A program made the position numbers and the translations under genes. A DNA stretch of 64,000 nt, from assembly GCF_006345805.1 (NCBI RefSeq), contig NC_043004.1:93806001-93870000 (forward strand). Direction: 5' to 3'. Source of the stretch: Octopus sinensis. Its lineage: Eukaryota. This document shows, in pieces, positions 39,201 through 52,083 of this stretch (positions are counted from its first letter, which is position 1; every line of letters begins with the position of its first letter). Below the pieces are notes generated by a model. The model was given only the letters and a program-made list of their open reading frames with translations. It was not told where the DNA came from and made no database searches.

Positions 39201-39593
39201 GTAATCATCTTCAAGTTCTGGAATTCCTACGGATAAGATTCTGTTAAGTTGTTTATTTGTTTTCTTACGTGGGAAAGGCTTTGGTCTTATGTACTCACAC
39301 ACACACATATACACACAAGTATATACGTACATACATACTTTATACATATATATATACATACATATATACATAACTCTTCTATACTCATGTGTTATGAGAA
39401 TCTTGGCGGAAGAAAAGGAGTCGAGGATAGGTTCTTAAAATCTGTTATATTTGATAAGAAAACAAATTAAAGAAAAACCGGAAGAAAACAACTTCTTTTC
39501 TTTGTTAAAAGTACGAAGATTTCTTCTCACTCCACCTCTTCTCGTCTGTCTCTTTCTCTCTGTTTCTTTCTCTTATCTACGAGTCTCTCTCTC

Positions 39594-39636
<43 letters not shown>

Positions 39637-39912
39637 GTATGTCTACTTCTTTGCTTCCCTTTCTCATTCTTAAATGCTTGTTGTTCTGCGTTTGACCAAC
39701 GAAGACACGCCTCAAACGATAATGGTTTCTAATGGGTTTAATAAAGCGAAAATTCAAGTAGGAAAAATTTTTAACTAACTTATTATAATGAACACTAACT
39801 AAGAAGAAGAATAAGGCCACAGATGTTTTTGGTAAGAGAGCTAAGAGATACTCATGTACCAGGAAGGTACAGAGTGCATAGCACACATCTCTCTTAATAT
39901 TTAAATGGTAGT

Positions 39913-40345
39913 AAGGCGGCGAGGTGGCAGAAACGTTAGCATGCCCGGCCAAATGCTTAGCGGCATTTCGTCTGCCTTTACGTACTGAGTTCAAATTCCA
40001 CCGAGGTCGACTTTGCCCTTCATCCTTTGGGAGTCGATAAATTAAATACCTATTTCTTTGTTACCCACAAGGGGCTAAACACAGAGGGGACAAACAAGGA
40101 CAGACATAGTTATTAAGTCGATTACATCGACCCCAGTGCGTAGCTGGTTCTTAATTTATCGACCCCGAAAGGATGAAAGGCAAAGTCGACCTCGGCGGAA
40201 TTTGACTCACAACGTAACGCAGACGAAATACCGCTAAGCATTTCGCCCGGCGTGCTAACGCTTCTGCCAGCTCGCCGCCTTAAATTAAATACCAGTTACG
40301 TACTGGAGTCGGTCTAATTTCGGGCCTTGTACCTAGAGTAAAAAA
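39913..40345 (+). mobile_element. Family-D SINE with a second family-D SINE (40051-40280, minus) nested inside
   Basis: TSD TAAATTAAATACC (40038-50 / 40281-93). Confidence 0.88.
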
Positions 40346-40770
40346 GAATTTTTAAATGGCAGCCTATTTACTAACTTAAGGAGAATGAAAGGCAAAGTCA
40401 ACTTCGGTGGAATTTGAACTCAACATAGTCGATTGCAGTGATCACAATTAATTGCAGTTATATTTTTCATTGTCTCCAACGATCAAATACGCCACAGGGG
40501 AAGGACGATGGCAATCTTAGAGAAGGTAATAAAAGTGTTAAATGGGGGATGGATTGCAATTTGTGAGACGGTTGAAGATAAATGAAATTCTTGGTATATC
40601 GATCGAGGTGGCCAAGGTTAGGAAGAAAAAAATGAGCGAGTGAATAGGCTAAAAGTTGAGCCCAGCGGGATTTAAACCCAGAACGTAAATTATAATGACG
40701 TTTTCTGATACGGAATCAGTGCCACACATTTCGATGCGAGTAGATCACTCCCAGTATATTACTAACACGT

Positions 40771-41003
40771 AAAGGCGGCGAGCTGGCAGAAACGTTAGCA
40801 CGCCGGGCGAAAAGCGTAGCCGTATTTCGTCTGTCGTTACGTTCTGAGTTCAAATTCCGCCGAGGTCGACTTTGCCTTTCATCCTTTCGGGGTCGATAAA
40901 TTAAGTACCAGTTACGCACTGGGTCGATGTAATCGACTAAATCCCTTTGTCTGTCCTTGTTTGTCCCCTCTGTGTTTAGCCCCTTGGGGGTAGTAAAGAA
41001 ATA
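40771..41003 (+). mobile_element. Family-D SINE, full length
   Basis: TSD TATATTACTAACACGTA. Confidence 0.92.
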
Positions 41004-41312
41004 TATATTACTAACACGTACTTTGTAGAACTTGAAGGAATAATAGCCAGAACTGACTGCGTAATATCGCTTATAAATATATTTTCAGCAGAAAAAATGT
41101 AGTGCACCAAACAAAGCATAATGTGGTATTTAGTTACGCTTCTTCGCGTTCTGAGTTCAAACGATGCAAGGGTTAAATTTGTCTTTTAAGTTTCCGGGCT
41201 CAATAAAATATAATATTCGCTAATTACTTCGATCGATTTCGTTGTCTGCTTCCACTCTAAAGCACACACAGAAAATGTGTGACCTTGTGACAATGTTAGA
41301 AATCAATGATAT

Positions 41313-41713
41313 ACTCTTTTACTCTTTTACTTGTTTCAGTCATTTGACTGCGGGCCATGCTGGAGCACCGCCTTTAGTCGAGCAAATCGACCCCGGGACT
41401 TATTCTTTGTAAGCCCAGTACTTATTCTATCGGTCTCTTTTGCCGAACCGCTAGGTGACGGGGACGTAAACACACCAGCATCGGTTGTCAAGCAATGCTG
41501 GGGGGACAAACACAGACACACAAACACACACACATATATATACATATATACGACAGGCTTCTTTCAGTTTCCATCTACCAAATCCACTCACAAGGCATTG
41601 GTCGGCCCGGGGCTATAGCAGAAGACACTTGCCCAAGATGCCACGCAGTGGGACTGAACCCAGAACCATGTGGTTGGTATGCAAGCTACTTACCACACAG
41701 CCACTCCTGCGCC
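41313..41713 (-). mobile_element. SINE family C
   Basis: Full-length copy. Confidence 0.9.
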
Positions 41714-42471
41714 TTTTTTTTTTTTAAGTGAGTCATTTCATTCTTCGATATTTTAAGTTGATCTCAGGTCTTTACTGTTGTTGATAAACAAACATCGATC
41801 TTTAGAGCAGCTTGACTCCATTGATGATTCACTTTGCTACTCAGTGTTTTTGGTCGTGGGTGATCCATCAGATGGGTAAAAAGTTGAGTACAAATAATAT
41901 GATTTCTGCGAGAACATCCCAGTTTTTTTTCAAACTGTTACTCACTCAAAGTATGATAATGTGTACACCCATATATACGTGTATTCTTGAATGTTTTTAT
42001 ATCAATTTCGCTCTCTCTCACTCCACCCTACACACATATATATATATATATATATATATGTAGGTAATTTTATTTTAATTCTCTCGCAGGAAGGATTGGT
42101 TTGGTGAGTCGTGTTCTGTCTTGCCTTCGAAACACGCTGGAGTCGAACTAGTGACAGCTGATGAAGGGGATTTTTCCTTGTGTAGTATGTCCTGTACTCT
42201 GTTTTTCTGTTGTAAAAAAATGTTTTTTCCGTTTTCGGTTCTCGTTGAGTTCTACGTCCAGTTGTGGTGTCCTGTACTCACGTATATATATTTATATATG
42301 CATTTATATATACATGTAGATGTAGGTACGTACATATATGTTTGTATGTATGCATATATTTTATTTATTACACTATATATATATATATATAGACACAGAT
42401 ATATGTATATGTATGTATGCATACATATATGTGTATGTATATAGATGTATGTATATATACGTATATATATA

Positions 42472-42790
42472 TGAAGGCGCATGGCTCAGTAGTTAGAACG
42501 TCGGGCTCACAATCATGAGGTAGTGAGTTCGATTCCCGGACCAGGCTGTGTGTTGTGTTCTTGAGCAAGACACTTTATTTCACGTTGCTCCAGTTCACCT
42601 CAGCTGTAAATATGAGTTGCGACGTCATTGCCCCTTTTGCCTTTCCCTTCGATAACATGAGTGGTGTGGAGAGGGGAGGTTGGGATGCATGGGAGACCGC
42701 TGGTCTTCCATAAACAACCTTGTCCTGATGGGTGCCCCGGAAGGTAACTTTCTATGTGCAATCCCATGGTCATTCATGACCGAAGGCAGT
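42472..42790 (+). mobile_element. SINE family B
   Basis: tRNA head GGCGCATGGCTCAGTAGTTAGAACG..GTTCGATTCCC plus family body. Confidence 0.88.
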
Positions 42791-42796
42791 CTACCC

Positions 42797-42841
<45 letters not shown>

Positions 42842-43584
42842 ACACACACATACACACACACACACATACCTTTTATGAAATAATTTAATTGATCGGATCT
42901 CCAGGATTTCAGTTGCATGCAGCTCTGCATTATACTCCTCTGTATTAGATTAGTGTGTTGTCTGTTAGCCGAGTCCGCAGAGGAGCTTTCTGTGATATGT
43001 CACACGAATTCCTTTACTACACTACAAAATTATATATTTTTACTGCATATTACTTTATATTGTATTCTGCATTTACAAACGAGACGGCATACAGAAAACG
43101 AGAAATTAAATTCGTCAGCTAATAAATATTTAACCTTAAGCTTTCATTATATTTAGGAAAGTCAATTAAATTTAAGGTCTTTTTCACATCAGACATCGAG
43201 TTTACTCCCCGATGAACGCCCACCTTCTATTTTTAATTACTTTAATTAATATAATTTAATCTAAATTTCGAGTGTGTCTCTCCAGCCTTTCATTACCAGA
43301 ATTAATCCTCAAGCTAATCACTTTCTACTCCTCACACCAGATATAACATTTATTAATTAACTAAAATTAAATATTTACTACGTTAATTAAGTTAGTGTCG
43401 ACTTAACTGGCAGCTGTTATGCTTTGCTGCAAATGCGATATAATCTCTCCTTGTTAGGAACACTATCTACCGCATTATCAGAAGAATTTGGTAATTATTC
43501 CCAATAGTTTGTTGAATTGGTTTAATGTAGAACAATATGGTCTACAAGAAGATATAAACTCATAGTCTATCCTGCCAATCCACC

Positions 43585-44020
43585 AGCTAGATTGCACCTA
43601 GAAAGTTAACCTCCGAAGTACAAATCCGAACAAAGTTGTTTATGGGAGACTAGCAGTCGTTCATGCATACAACCTTCCCATCTCCACGCCACCTATGTTA
43701 CCCAAGGGAAAAGCAAAGGCCGATACAGTTTGGCACTAGTGACATCGTACCTCATTTCTCCCGATGAATGAACTGGAGCAACGTGAAATGAAACGTTGAC
43801 ACCGCCGGATTGAATGGTACTGCATAGGTGTCGAAACCATAATGATATCCGTGGGGCAGCTGATGATGGAGGTATGCTGAATAGTTGGAATGGCTGTTTT
43901 TGTATATGTGGATTATATACATAACACACAGTCCGATTCAAGAACATAGCACACAGTCCGGTTCTGGAATCGAACTCACTACCTCGTGATTGTGAGCCTA
44001 ATGCTATAACCACTGAGCCT
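43585..44020 (-). mobile_element. SINE family B carrying a foreign ~121-bp insert (43795-43915)
   Basis: SINE body interrupted by the inverted copy of 45112-45232. Confidence 0.8.
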
Positions 44021-44448
44021 CTCAACTTATATTTCTAAAAAGTATCCAAAACTGAAACTAGCATCCATAAATCATTTGAGTTTTATATCTTCTAAATTTT
44101 GACCAATGACTTTCAGTTTTCCACTCCAAGTGTTTTCGGGTACTTAGCACTTAAAATTAACTTAACTTGCTGAATTATATTTTAAACTGAAATGGATTAG
44201 CATTTCATTCCAACGAAAGCCCAAAATAAACCCGTTATTCATTTACGCACTTCCAACTACTGAACGCTTCGGTAAGCCTCAGCTACATGAATCATTAAAG
44301 ACTAACTCTCTTTTTCTCCCTCTCCTCCTTTCTCACTAATTCACTTTCTTTCATTCTTCCCCAGTATGTATGAATGTATGTGTGCGTGTTGTATATATAT
44401 ATATATATTATATATATATTATATATATATATTATATATATATATATT

Positions 44449-44502
<54 letters not shown>

Positions 44503-44539
44503 GTATGTATGGTTATAATATATATAGTATATTTATATA

Positions 44540-44761
44540 TTCTTCACTTGTTTCAGTCATCTGACTGCGGCTACGCTGGAGCACCGCTTTAGTTGAATAA
44601 ATCAACTCCAACCCTTATTCTTTGTAAGCCTAGTACTTATTCTATCGGTTTCTTTGCCGAACTGCTAAGCTATGGGGACATAAACACACCAACATCGGTT
44701 GTCAAGCGATGGTGGAGGACAAGCTCAGACACCAAATACATACATACATACATGCATGCAT

Positions 44762-44817
<56 letters not shown>

Positions 44818-44821
44818 CACA

Positions 44822-44872
<51 letters not shown>

Positions 44873-45030
44873 CGACGGGATTCTTTCAGTTTCCGTCTAA
44901 ACAAATTCACTCACACGGCTTTGGTCGGCCTGGTCTATAGTAGAAGAAACTTGCCGAAAGTGCCACGCAGTGGAACTTAACGTGGAACCATGTGGCTAGG
45001 AAGGAAACTTCTTATCACACAGCCACTCCT
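44540..45030 (-). mobile_element. SINE family C with expanded internal (TA)n
   Basis: Family motifs on both sides of the microsatellite. Confidence 0.85.
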
Positions 45031-45591
45031 TTATATAGTATACTTATATATATATATCAAAAGGATGTGTTATATTACTATTCCACAGCCATACCAATAA
45101 TCCAATAATACTAATCCACATATACAAAAACAGCCATTCCAACTATTCAGCATACCTCCATCATCAGGTGCCCCACGGATATCATTATGGTTTCGACACC
45201 TATGCAGTATCATTCAATCCGGCGGTGTCAACAGCACTAGAATAAGTGTTGTTTGGGAACAAAGAGACCACTGCATTCAAACACATTTACCCAATGTACA
45301 ACCGTATCGATAAATTCCATAAGTAAATTACAACCCCTCCTAAATATGTAACTAAACAGCGACAATTCTATTAAGTCATAAAAAAACTATATCCCTAGCG
45401 TTTTTATATATATATATATATATTAATAGTTAATGCCAAGCTAATATGCCAGTCCAGATATATAAGATGAATGCTGCCGTTGATTAACTCCAAGAGGCCA
45501 TCGCCTCCAGCTAGCTATGTGACACTCTAACCTGTGTCCATTATAACCTTCGAACAGGGGAGGTCAGCCGCTTCCCCTTGCTGTCAGGTAT

Positions 45592-45632
45592 CTGCAGACT
45601 AGTTTCAGGGTATTTGCGCCTTATCAATGAGG
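45592..45632 (-). ncRNA. Degenerate hammerhead-like motif, possible U3:A8 variant
   Basis: Minus: ctca-TTGATAA-ggcg(caaata)ccct-GAAA-ctag-TC-tgcag; stems I and II imperfect; within a block between (TA)n tracts. Confidence 0.4.
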
Positions 45633-45646
45633 AGCAACCGAACCCA

Positions 45647-45689
<43 letters not shown>

Positions 45690-45769
45690 ATATATATATA
45701 TCTATTGATAGAAATGGCAAGACAACAAAAGAATAGTGTGTAAAGCAAAATCGCGGTAATGATGACGCC

Positions 45770-45949
45770 ATATCTGATGTTGATAACTTTTTTTAACTAA
45801 CAGGATGAAAGCTTCTTCATCAGTGAAATTCAAGCACTGCAACACAGATGGAAGAAGTGTGTGGACCACAAAGGGGACTATATTGAAAAACAAAGTCACA
45901 TTCCATGAAAATATCTTAGTCAGCCTATGAACTTTTCAGCCGACACTCG
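45770..45949 (+). pseudogene. Mariner 3'-end remnant with TIR
   Basis: QDESFFISEIQALQHRWKKCVDHKGDYIEK, then GAACTTTTCAGCCGACACTCG|TA. Confidence 0.75.
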
Positions 45950-46872
45950 TAGGTACCGTTTCAAGCAAGTTAAATAATTATATCGAATGTTTCTCATTGT
46001 CTTGCCCGCAAGTCGTATTTAATCTCTCTATGAAATTAGAACCTTTTGTGTAATGTTTTCTTTTGATATCAACTTATATTAATTTCATATTAATTTGAAA
46101 CCGACTAGTTACACCTTTATTACGGCTCATCAGGATTCGCTCACATCTAGTTTTCAAGATACCGGACGTAAGTAATGGATGGCTACTTGTTGAAATGTAA
46201 ACAAAATTGTACCAGGAGAAGCCATTTACAAATTGGTATGAGGTTAATGACCTCAAATTAATAACCACAACATCAATGCATTATGTTTTATAAATAAACA
46301 TGTACACAGAATTATATCTGTATATGTAGTCTTGTATGAAATTATGTTTCATGTTTTTGTGTATATAAGTATGTATATACATCTGTATGGAGATACGGCT
46401 CCTGATATTATTCACCTATGACGTCAAGTAATATTCAGTCAACTGCTTTCATCCAGAAGAAAATTGGGCGTGTGGTGGCATGTCGAAGTTAATTTAGTGT
46501 GTTATTTCCTTTAGAATTGGGCTGGAATGACAAATTACCTTCCCTTTTCCTGTGAGAAGCAGTTTGCAGTATTTTGCCATATTTCTAAACGTCGGTGCTT
46601 TGTCTTGAAATACAGAGTTAATGTTTGCATTTCTTCCGCCATTTTCCCGATTTCAAAATGTACATTTAAAGGATGCTGTACTATCTTCTAATTTGTGGCG
46701 ATGAAATTATCTGCTAAAATGGCGCTGGTGATTTTTAAACGGGTGCTACATTTGTGAGTCTTACATCGATAGTCAAGACGTCACCGTACAAACTTCATTA
46801 TCAAAGCTGATTCATTTCTCATTAGGTTCTTGTTTAAGTAATGACGCACCGATTCATCATTCGTGTACCCAT

Positions 46873-47103
46873 ATTCTCTTTACTCTTTTACTTGTTTCAG
46901 TCATTTGACTGCGGCCATGCTGGAGCACCGCCTTTAGTCGAGCAAATCGACCCCGGGACTTATTCTTTGTAAGCCCAGTACTTATTCTATTGGTCTCTTT
47001 TGCCGAACCGCTAAGTTACGGGGACGTAAACACACCAGCATCGGTTGTCAAACAATGCTAGGGGGACAAACACAGACACACAACCACCACACAAACAAAT
47101 ATA

Positions 47104-47164
<61 letters not shown>

Positions 47165-47321
47165 GATGGGCTTCTTTCAGTTTCCGTCTACCAAATCCAC
47201 TCACAAGGCTTTGGTCGGCCCGAGGCTATAGTAGAAGACACTTGCCCAAGACGCCACGCAGTGGGACTGAACCCGGAACCATGTGGTTGGTATGCAAGCT
47301 ACTTACCACACAGCCACTCCT
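46873..47321 (-). mobile_element. SINE family C
   Basis: Full-length copy with internal (TA)n. Confidence 0.9.
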
Positions 47322-47602
47322 TTTAATGTAGCATTAAAAGAATAATCACTTTGTCTTCAAAAGAAGATTCGACAAGAAACTGCTGAATACGACAATGCTG
47401 CATCAGCATTTTAAGAATAGTATTCAGTGATCACTAGTAACAGCGACTGATATTTTTAGAAAAAAAAAAAATACTTGGTAAAAGAATATATGCTACAACC
47501 CATCATACAATATCCAAATAAAGGCGTAAAACTGTAATGATTTTATAAACCATTTAAGAAACACACAAAATCCGTTAGATTCACTTCAACATTTAAATTT
47601 AA

Positions 47603-47653
47603 TTTGTCAAAATATTTTCGTCGCTTTGAGACCGCGACCTGTTCACTTACAAA
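47603..47653 (-). ncRNA. Second G3:C8 hammerhead copy
   Basis: Minus: tttgtaa-GTGAACA-g-gtcgc(ggtctcaaa)gcgac-GAAA-atat-TT-tgacaaa; loop II differs from the 3790 copy while stem II is conserved. Confidence 0.6.
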
Positions 47654-47770
47654 ATTCACTGCATCACGGAATTTTGTCAGATATATAGATCTTTCAAAAT
47701 GTGACCTCGTGTATACCGTTGGCGATTTTTTTCCTCTGTCTTCCCTTCTCTGGATCTTTCCTTCTCCTAT

Positions 47771-47805
47771 GTTTCCGACGAAGAGCTCCGCTCGAAACGT
47801 TAAAC
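47771..47805 (+). ncRNA. Minimal hammerhead, U4C-mutated (element 47690-47890)
   Basis: gttt-CCGACGA-a-gagc(tcc)gctc-GAAA-cg-TT-aaac; element ends in (TA)n. Confidence 0.6.
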
Positions 47806-47995
47806 CCTCCTTCTTTCCTTCTTTCCTGAGCGTCCAATAATACTATATTTGTTCCACGTCCTCGCGTTGTGTTTTCTTGTTTGGATTAACTATATATATA
47901 TATATATATAGATATATATATACATACATACATACATACACACACACACTCACACACACACACGCACAGACACACACACACACACACACACACAC

Positions 47996-48027
<32 letters not shown>

Positions 48028-48449
48028 ATACATATCCATAAGAGAAACAAAATAAAATTAATAGAACAACAAAGACAATCAGCTGCATATTATATGCCAT
48101 GTAAAATAGAATCTCGATTTATTGAAATTATTTACGCTTCCAGAGAAGGCAGAATAGTTGCTTGGTGGAAATGGGGGACAACTGCAAATAAGAGGGGGAA
48201 ATATATACAAATACACACACACACATATGAGAGGGCATATTCAAGAGCAGTGGTTCTCAAACTTTCCAAAACATTTTGACATAGATTCGTGTACCGTAAT
48301 TTCCGGACTATGAACCGTGATGAGAATAGGTGTCTGGCAAAGGGCAAAGCCATGCGGAAACATGCACCGGTGAGGATAACGACGACGAGAGACATGCAAA
48401 CGAGTGGATTGCAATAGTGGAATGGTGAATCATGTGAGCGTAGAATACC

Positions 48450-48941
48450 TATTTCTTTACTACCCACAAGGGGATAAACACAGAGGGGACAAATAAGGAC
48501 AGACAAACGGATTAAGACGATTACATCGACCCCAGTGCATAACTGGTACTTATTTAATCGACCCCGAAAGGATGAAAGGTAAAGTCGACCTCGGCGGAAT
48601 TTGAACCCAGAACGTAGCAGCAGACGAAATACCGCTAAGCATTTCGCCCTGCGCGCTAACGTTTCTGCCAGCTCGCCGCCTTATACCGACAGCACATGCA
48701 CGATCAACCTATTTCTTTATTACCCACAAGGGGCTAAACGTAGAGAGGACAAACAAGGACAGACATAGGTATTAAGTCGTTTACATCGACTCAGTGCGTA
48801 ACTGGTACTTAATTTATCGACCCCGAAAGGATGAAAGGTAAAGTCGACCTCGGCGGAATTTGAACTCACAACGTAACGGCAGACAAAATACCGCTAAGCA
48901 TTTCGCCCGACGTGCTAACGTTTCTGCCAGCTCGCCGCCTT
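48450..48941 (-). mobile_element. Two adjacent family-D SINEs
   Basis: 48450-48682 and 48710-48941; the second has TSD TGCACGATCAACC. Confidence 0.88.
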
Positions 48942-49254
48942 ACGTGCACGATCAACCGTTATACCCGCATATTTTACGTCGGCCAATCACTCTTGTTGTA
49001 CAAAGTGTGATTAACAAACGAGCGTGTAGGAGAGGCGTGCGGTTTCGAGGTTCACAACAAAGTAGATGAAAAATATATTGTAAATCCATTCACCTGAAGT
49101 GTTGACCTGCTTATCATAAATAAATTTCCCTGATCCCGTCTTTATTTTTTAGTTTGCCAAATTTTTGCACGCGCATTTATATTTTCAGCTCTGACAGAAG
49201 TGCACCGGATTTGAACTCATGACAGATACATTAGTCGCCCAATACTTTGTCCAT

Positions 49255-49420
49255 CGGTATTTCGCCTGTCTTTATGTTCTGAGTTCAAATTCCGCCGAGA
49301 TTAACTTTACCTTTCATCCTTTCGGGGTCAATAAATTAAGCACCAGTTACGTACTTGGGTCGATCTAATCGACTGGTTCCCTCCCACCAAATTTAGGGCC
49401 TTGTGCCCAGAGTAGAAAAA
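49255..49420 (+). mobile_element. 5'-truncated family-D SINE
   Basis: GTTCTGAGTTCAAATTCCGCCGAG..CTTTCATCCTTTCGGGGTC. Confidence 0.8.
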
Positions 49421-49848
49421 AAACTTTGTCCATTGAACTATTTTGTTTGCAGTTATATATGCATTTTTGTATCTGCATATGGATACGCATGTGTGCATAT
49501 ATATAGGTGCAGGCGCATATGAAAATGTATGTGAGTGTTTGTGAACGTGTCTCTCTCTGTAGGGTGGATGTGTGTGTGTGTGTGTGTGTGTGTGCGTGCG
49601 CGCATGTGTGTATGTGTGCGTGCATGTGGGTATGTATGTGTGACACAAATTAAGCGATGAAATTAGGAGAGGAAGTAAGTAACTGTGTCACTCACTTCCC
49701 GCGAAGAAACCTAAGTGACATCAATTCTTGACAACAGATTTAGCATAAGCTCGCATTTTATTTTACTGAATCCAAAGGTGTCTCACTCTCCAACCACCTA
49801 ACCATCCAACCAACCAACCAAACAAGCAATCTTCCACCCATCTCTCTC

Positions 49849-49887
<39 letters not shown>

Positions 49888-50707
49888 CTCTCTCTCTCTC
49901 TCTCTCCTCTGACATTCACTCTGCTCATTTGTCTGCATGCCTACTTACCTAACAACTTGCCTATATCTATCTTTCTATTTATTAATCAGTCTGTTCCTCT
50001 GTCTCTCTCTGTCTCTGTCTGTCGTTCTCTGTCTGTCTGTCTGTCTGTATGTATGTATGTATGTATGTATGTATGTATGTATGTATGCATGTATGCATGC
50101 ATGTATGTATGTATGCATCTTTGCATGCATGTATGTATGTATGTATCTAGTCTAATCTCTGTGTCTGTCTATCTGTCTGCTTTTCATCTGTGTGTATGTA
50201 TATATATATATATATGTAAGAAAGCGTTGTGCTAGAAAGAGCAGTAGAAATCTCAAAAACCACAAAAAAGGATAAATTCTAGAAAGAAATGAAAATTAAA
50301 AACGTTTACCATCTCAACTATTTCCCAGACCATGGTTTCTAACTATTTCCAGCAAAAAAAAAAAAAATTCACTGAAGGCCATACTGACAGCCAGATCCAC
50401 ATGTAGAACTAACGGTTTGTATATCCTAACTTTTCAAACCACTGCGCAGACGCAGATTATACCCGGCGACAGAGAGGATGCCGGTAAAAATTTCGAACAA
50501 ATTTATCAAACAATATTTAAACATAATAAATAGGTTAATAATAAATATTATTACCAGTGGCCTAGCACAAAAAACGAAATCTCAAAAACACAAAAAAGAT
50601 AACTTTAACATTCTCGAAAGGAATGAAAAACAACGCTTTCCTATTTTGGAAGCTCTTATTGTATTTCTATATGAATAATATATAGTCTAATGACTAATTC
50701 GTTATAT

Positions 50708-50775
<68 letters not shown>

Positions 50776-50776
50776 T

Positions 50777-51087
50777 AAATGAAAAGAATGGAGTCGAACG
50801 AAGATTTTAACAAAATTCTTCTACTTTCGACATATGTTTCGAAGACTGCATACTCTTAATTCCGAAGGAATGAAGGTTGCATTATGCCGTCTTCTCATCG
50901 GAAATACAAGGAACCTCAATCAGCCTCAAGACGTCTTGAGGCTGATTGAGGTTCCTTGTATTTCCTGATGAGAAGACGGCATAATGCAACCTCATTCCTT
51001 CGGAATTAAGAGTATGCAGTCTTCGAAACATATGTCGAAAGTAGAAGAATTTTGTTAAAATCTTCGTTCGACTCCATTCTTTTCATT
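50777..51087. repeat. Spacer-less palindrome, ~155-bp arms, centre ACGT at 50931-50934
   Basis: Arms reverse-complementary except for ~2 single-base indels; abuts (TA)n. Confidence 0.95.
50961..51040 (+). ncRNA. Type-I hammerhead ribozyme with long stem II and palindromic stem III
   Basis: tttc-CTGATGA-gaagac.gcata[...]tatgc.gtcttc-GAAA-catatg-TC-gaaa; the mirror copy on minus (~50825-50904) lacks one core T. Confidence 0.8.
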
Positions 51088-51511
51088 TTCATATAAAAAA
51101 ACACACAAATTTCCACACACGAACACGGGGTCTGCCCTTGGCATGTAACTTCAACCGTGTTTTACTGACGTGAATTTGCTACCCAGGTATCGATAACCGA
51201 ATTATCCATACTAGGATAATTAATTCATCTCTTATATATATATATATAATATATATATATATAATATCTATATATATATATATATAATATTCACACATAC
51301 ACCACACAGCAAAGAGAAGAAACAGTAAACAGTGACATCGAAGTTCCACCAGTGGTTGCATTAATGCGACTGTCTGATGAAACTTCCGCCGAAACGCCAA
51401 GGCACTATGCTGTAAGTACTCAATATCATTTACATTTAACATTTTTAATAACACAAAACCCACCATAACGCTTTTACATAAGCTATAAGTTGGCTTTGAT
51501 ATAAGTAACCC

Positions 51512-51665
51512 GAAGGCGACGAGCTGGCAGAATCGTTAGTACGCCGGGCAAAAGCTAAGTGGCATTTCGTCCGTCTTTATGTTCTGAGTTCAAATTCCAC
51601 TGAGGTCGGCTTTGACTTTCATCCTTCTTGGGATTCGATAAGAAAAGTACTAGTGGAGAACTGTA
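51512..51665 (+). mobile_element. Family-D SINE, diverged
   Basis: GGCGACGAGCTGGCAGAATCGTTAG..GTTCTGAGTTCAAATTCC. Confidence 0.8.
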
Positions 51666-52083
51666 CCTATCTTAGACAGCTTTATAGAGAAGTGTAGAAC
51701 AGCTTTATAGAGAATTGTCTTGAAGGTCAGGACCTGATAGATCCGACCTGTATCGATATGCAGCATTGGCATCCGCAGGTGGCTGCGTTGAGGATGAAAG
51801 TAAGAGATTTCCTTCGAATAATGGAGTCCTGTTCGAAGGAAAATTATAATTATCTCTTTTGGGGCCCCGACTTACTGCTGAGGGATTGTCCGCAGGCAGC
51901 AAGAGAATTGATGGGAGATGGTTGAAGAGACTTGGTGTCTCAGTTTGTGTAAGAGGTTTATTACCTTATTTTGTGTGGGAGGTTTTTTGTAAAAAGACAA
52001 AAGAAAATTTGTAATGTAATAAAAACTAAAGTGAGAGGTTTAATACCTCATTTTGTTTTTTTTAAGTAGTTAAAAAAAATAGA

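Noticed and set aside
42125-42180. GAAAC..GTC..CTGATGA, possible type-II hammerhead
   Set aside because: Stems I and II cannot be formed in the correct register.
51371-51405. CTGATGA..GAAACG motif
   Set aside because: No stem II pairing, no UH triplet and poor stem I; at best a heavily decayed copy.
51700-51960. Minus ORF with PSLFNHLP and an 11-bp hairpin (51808-51842)
   Set aside because: Only a faint resemblance to CR1/L2 LINE ends; too little to call.
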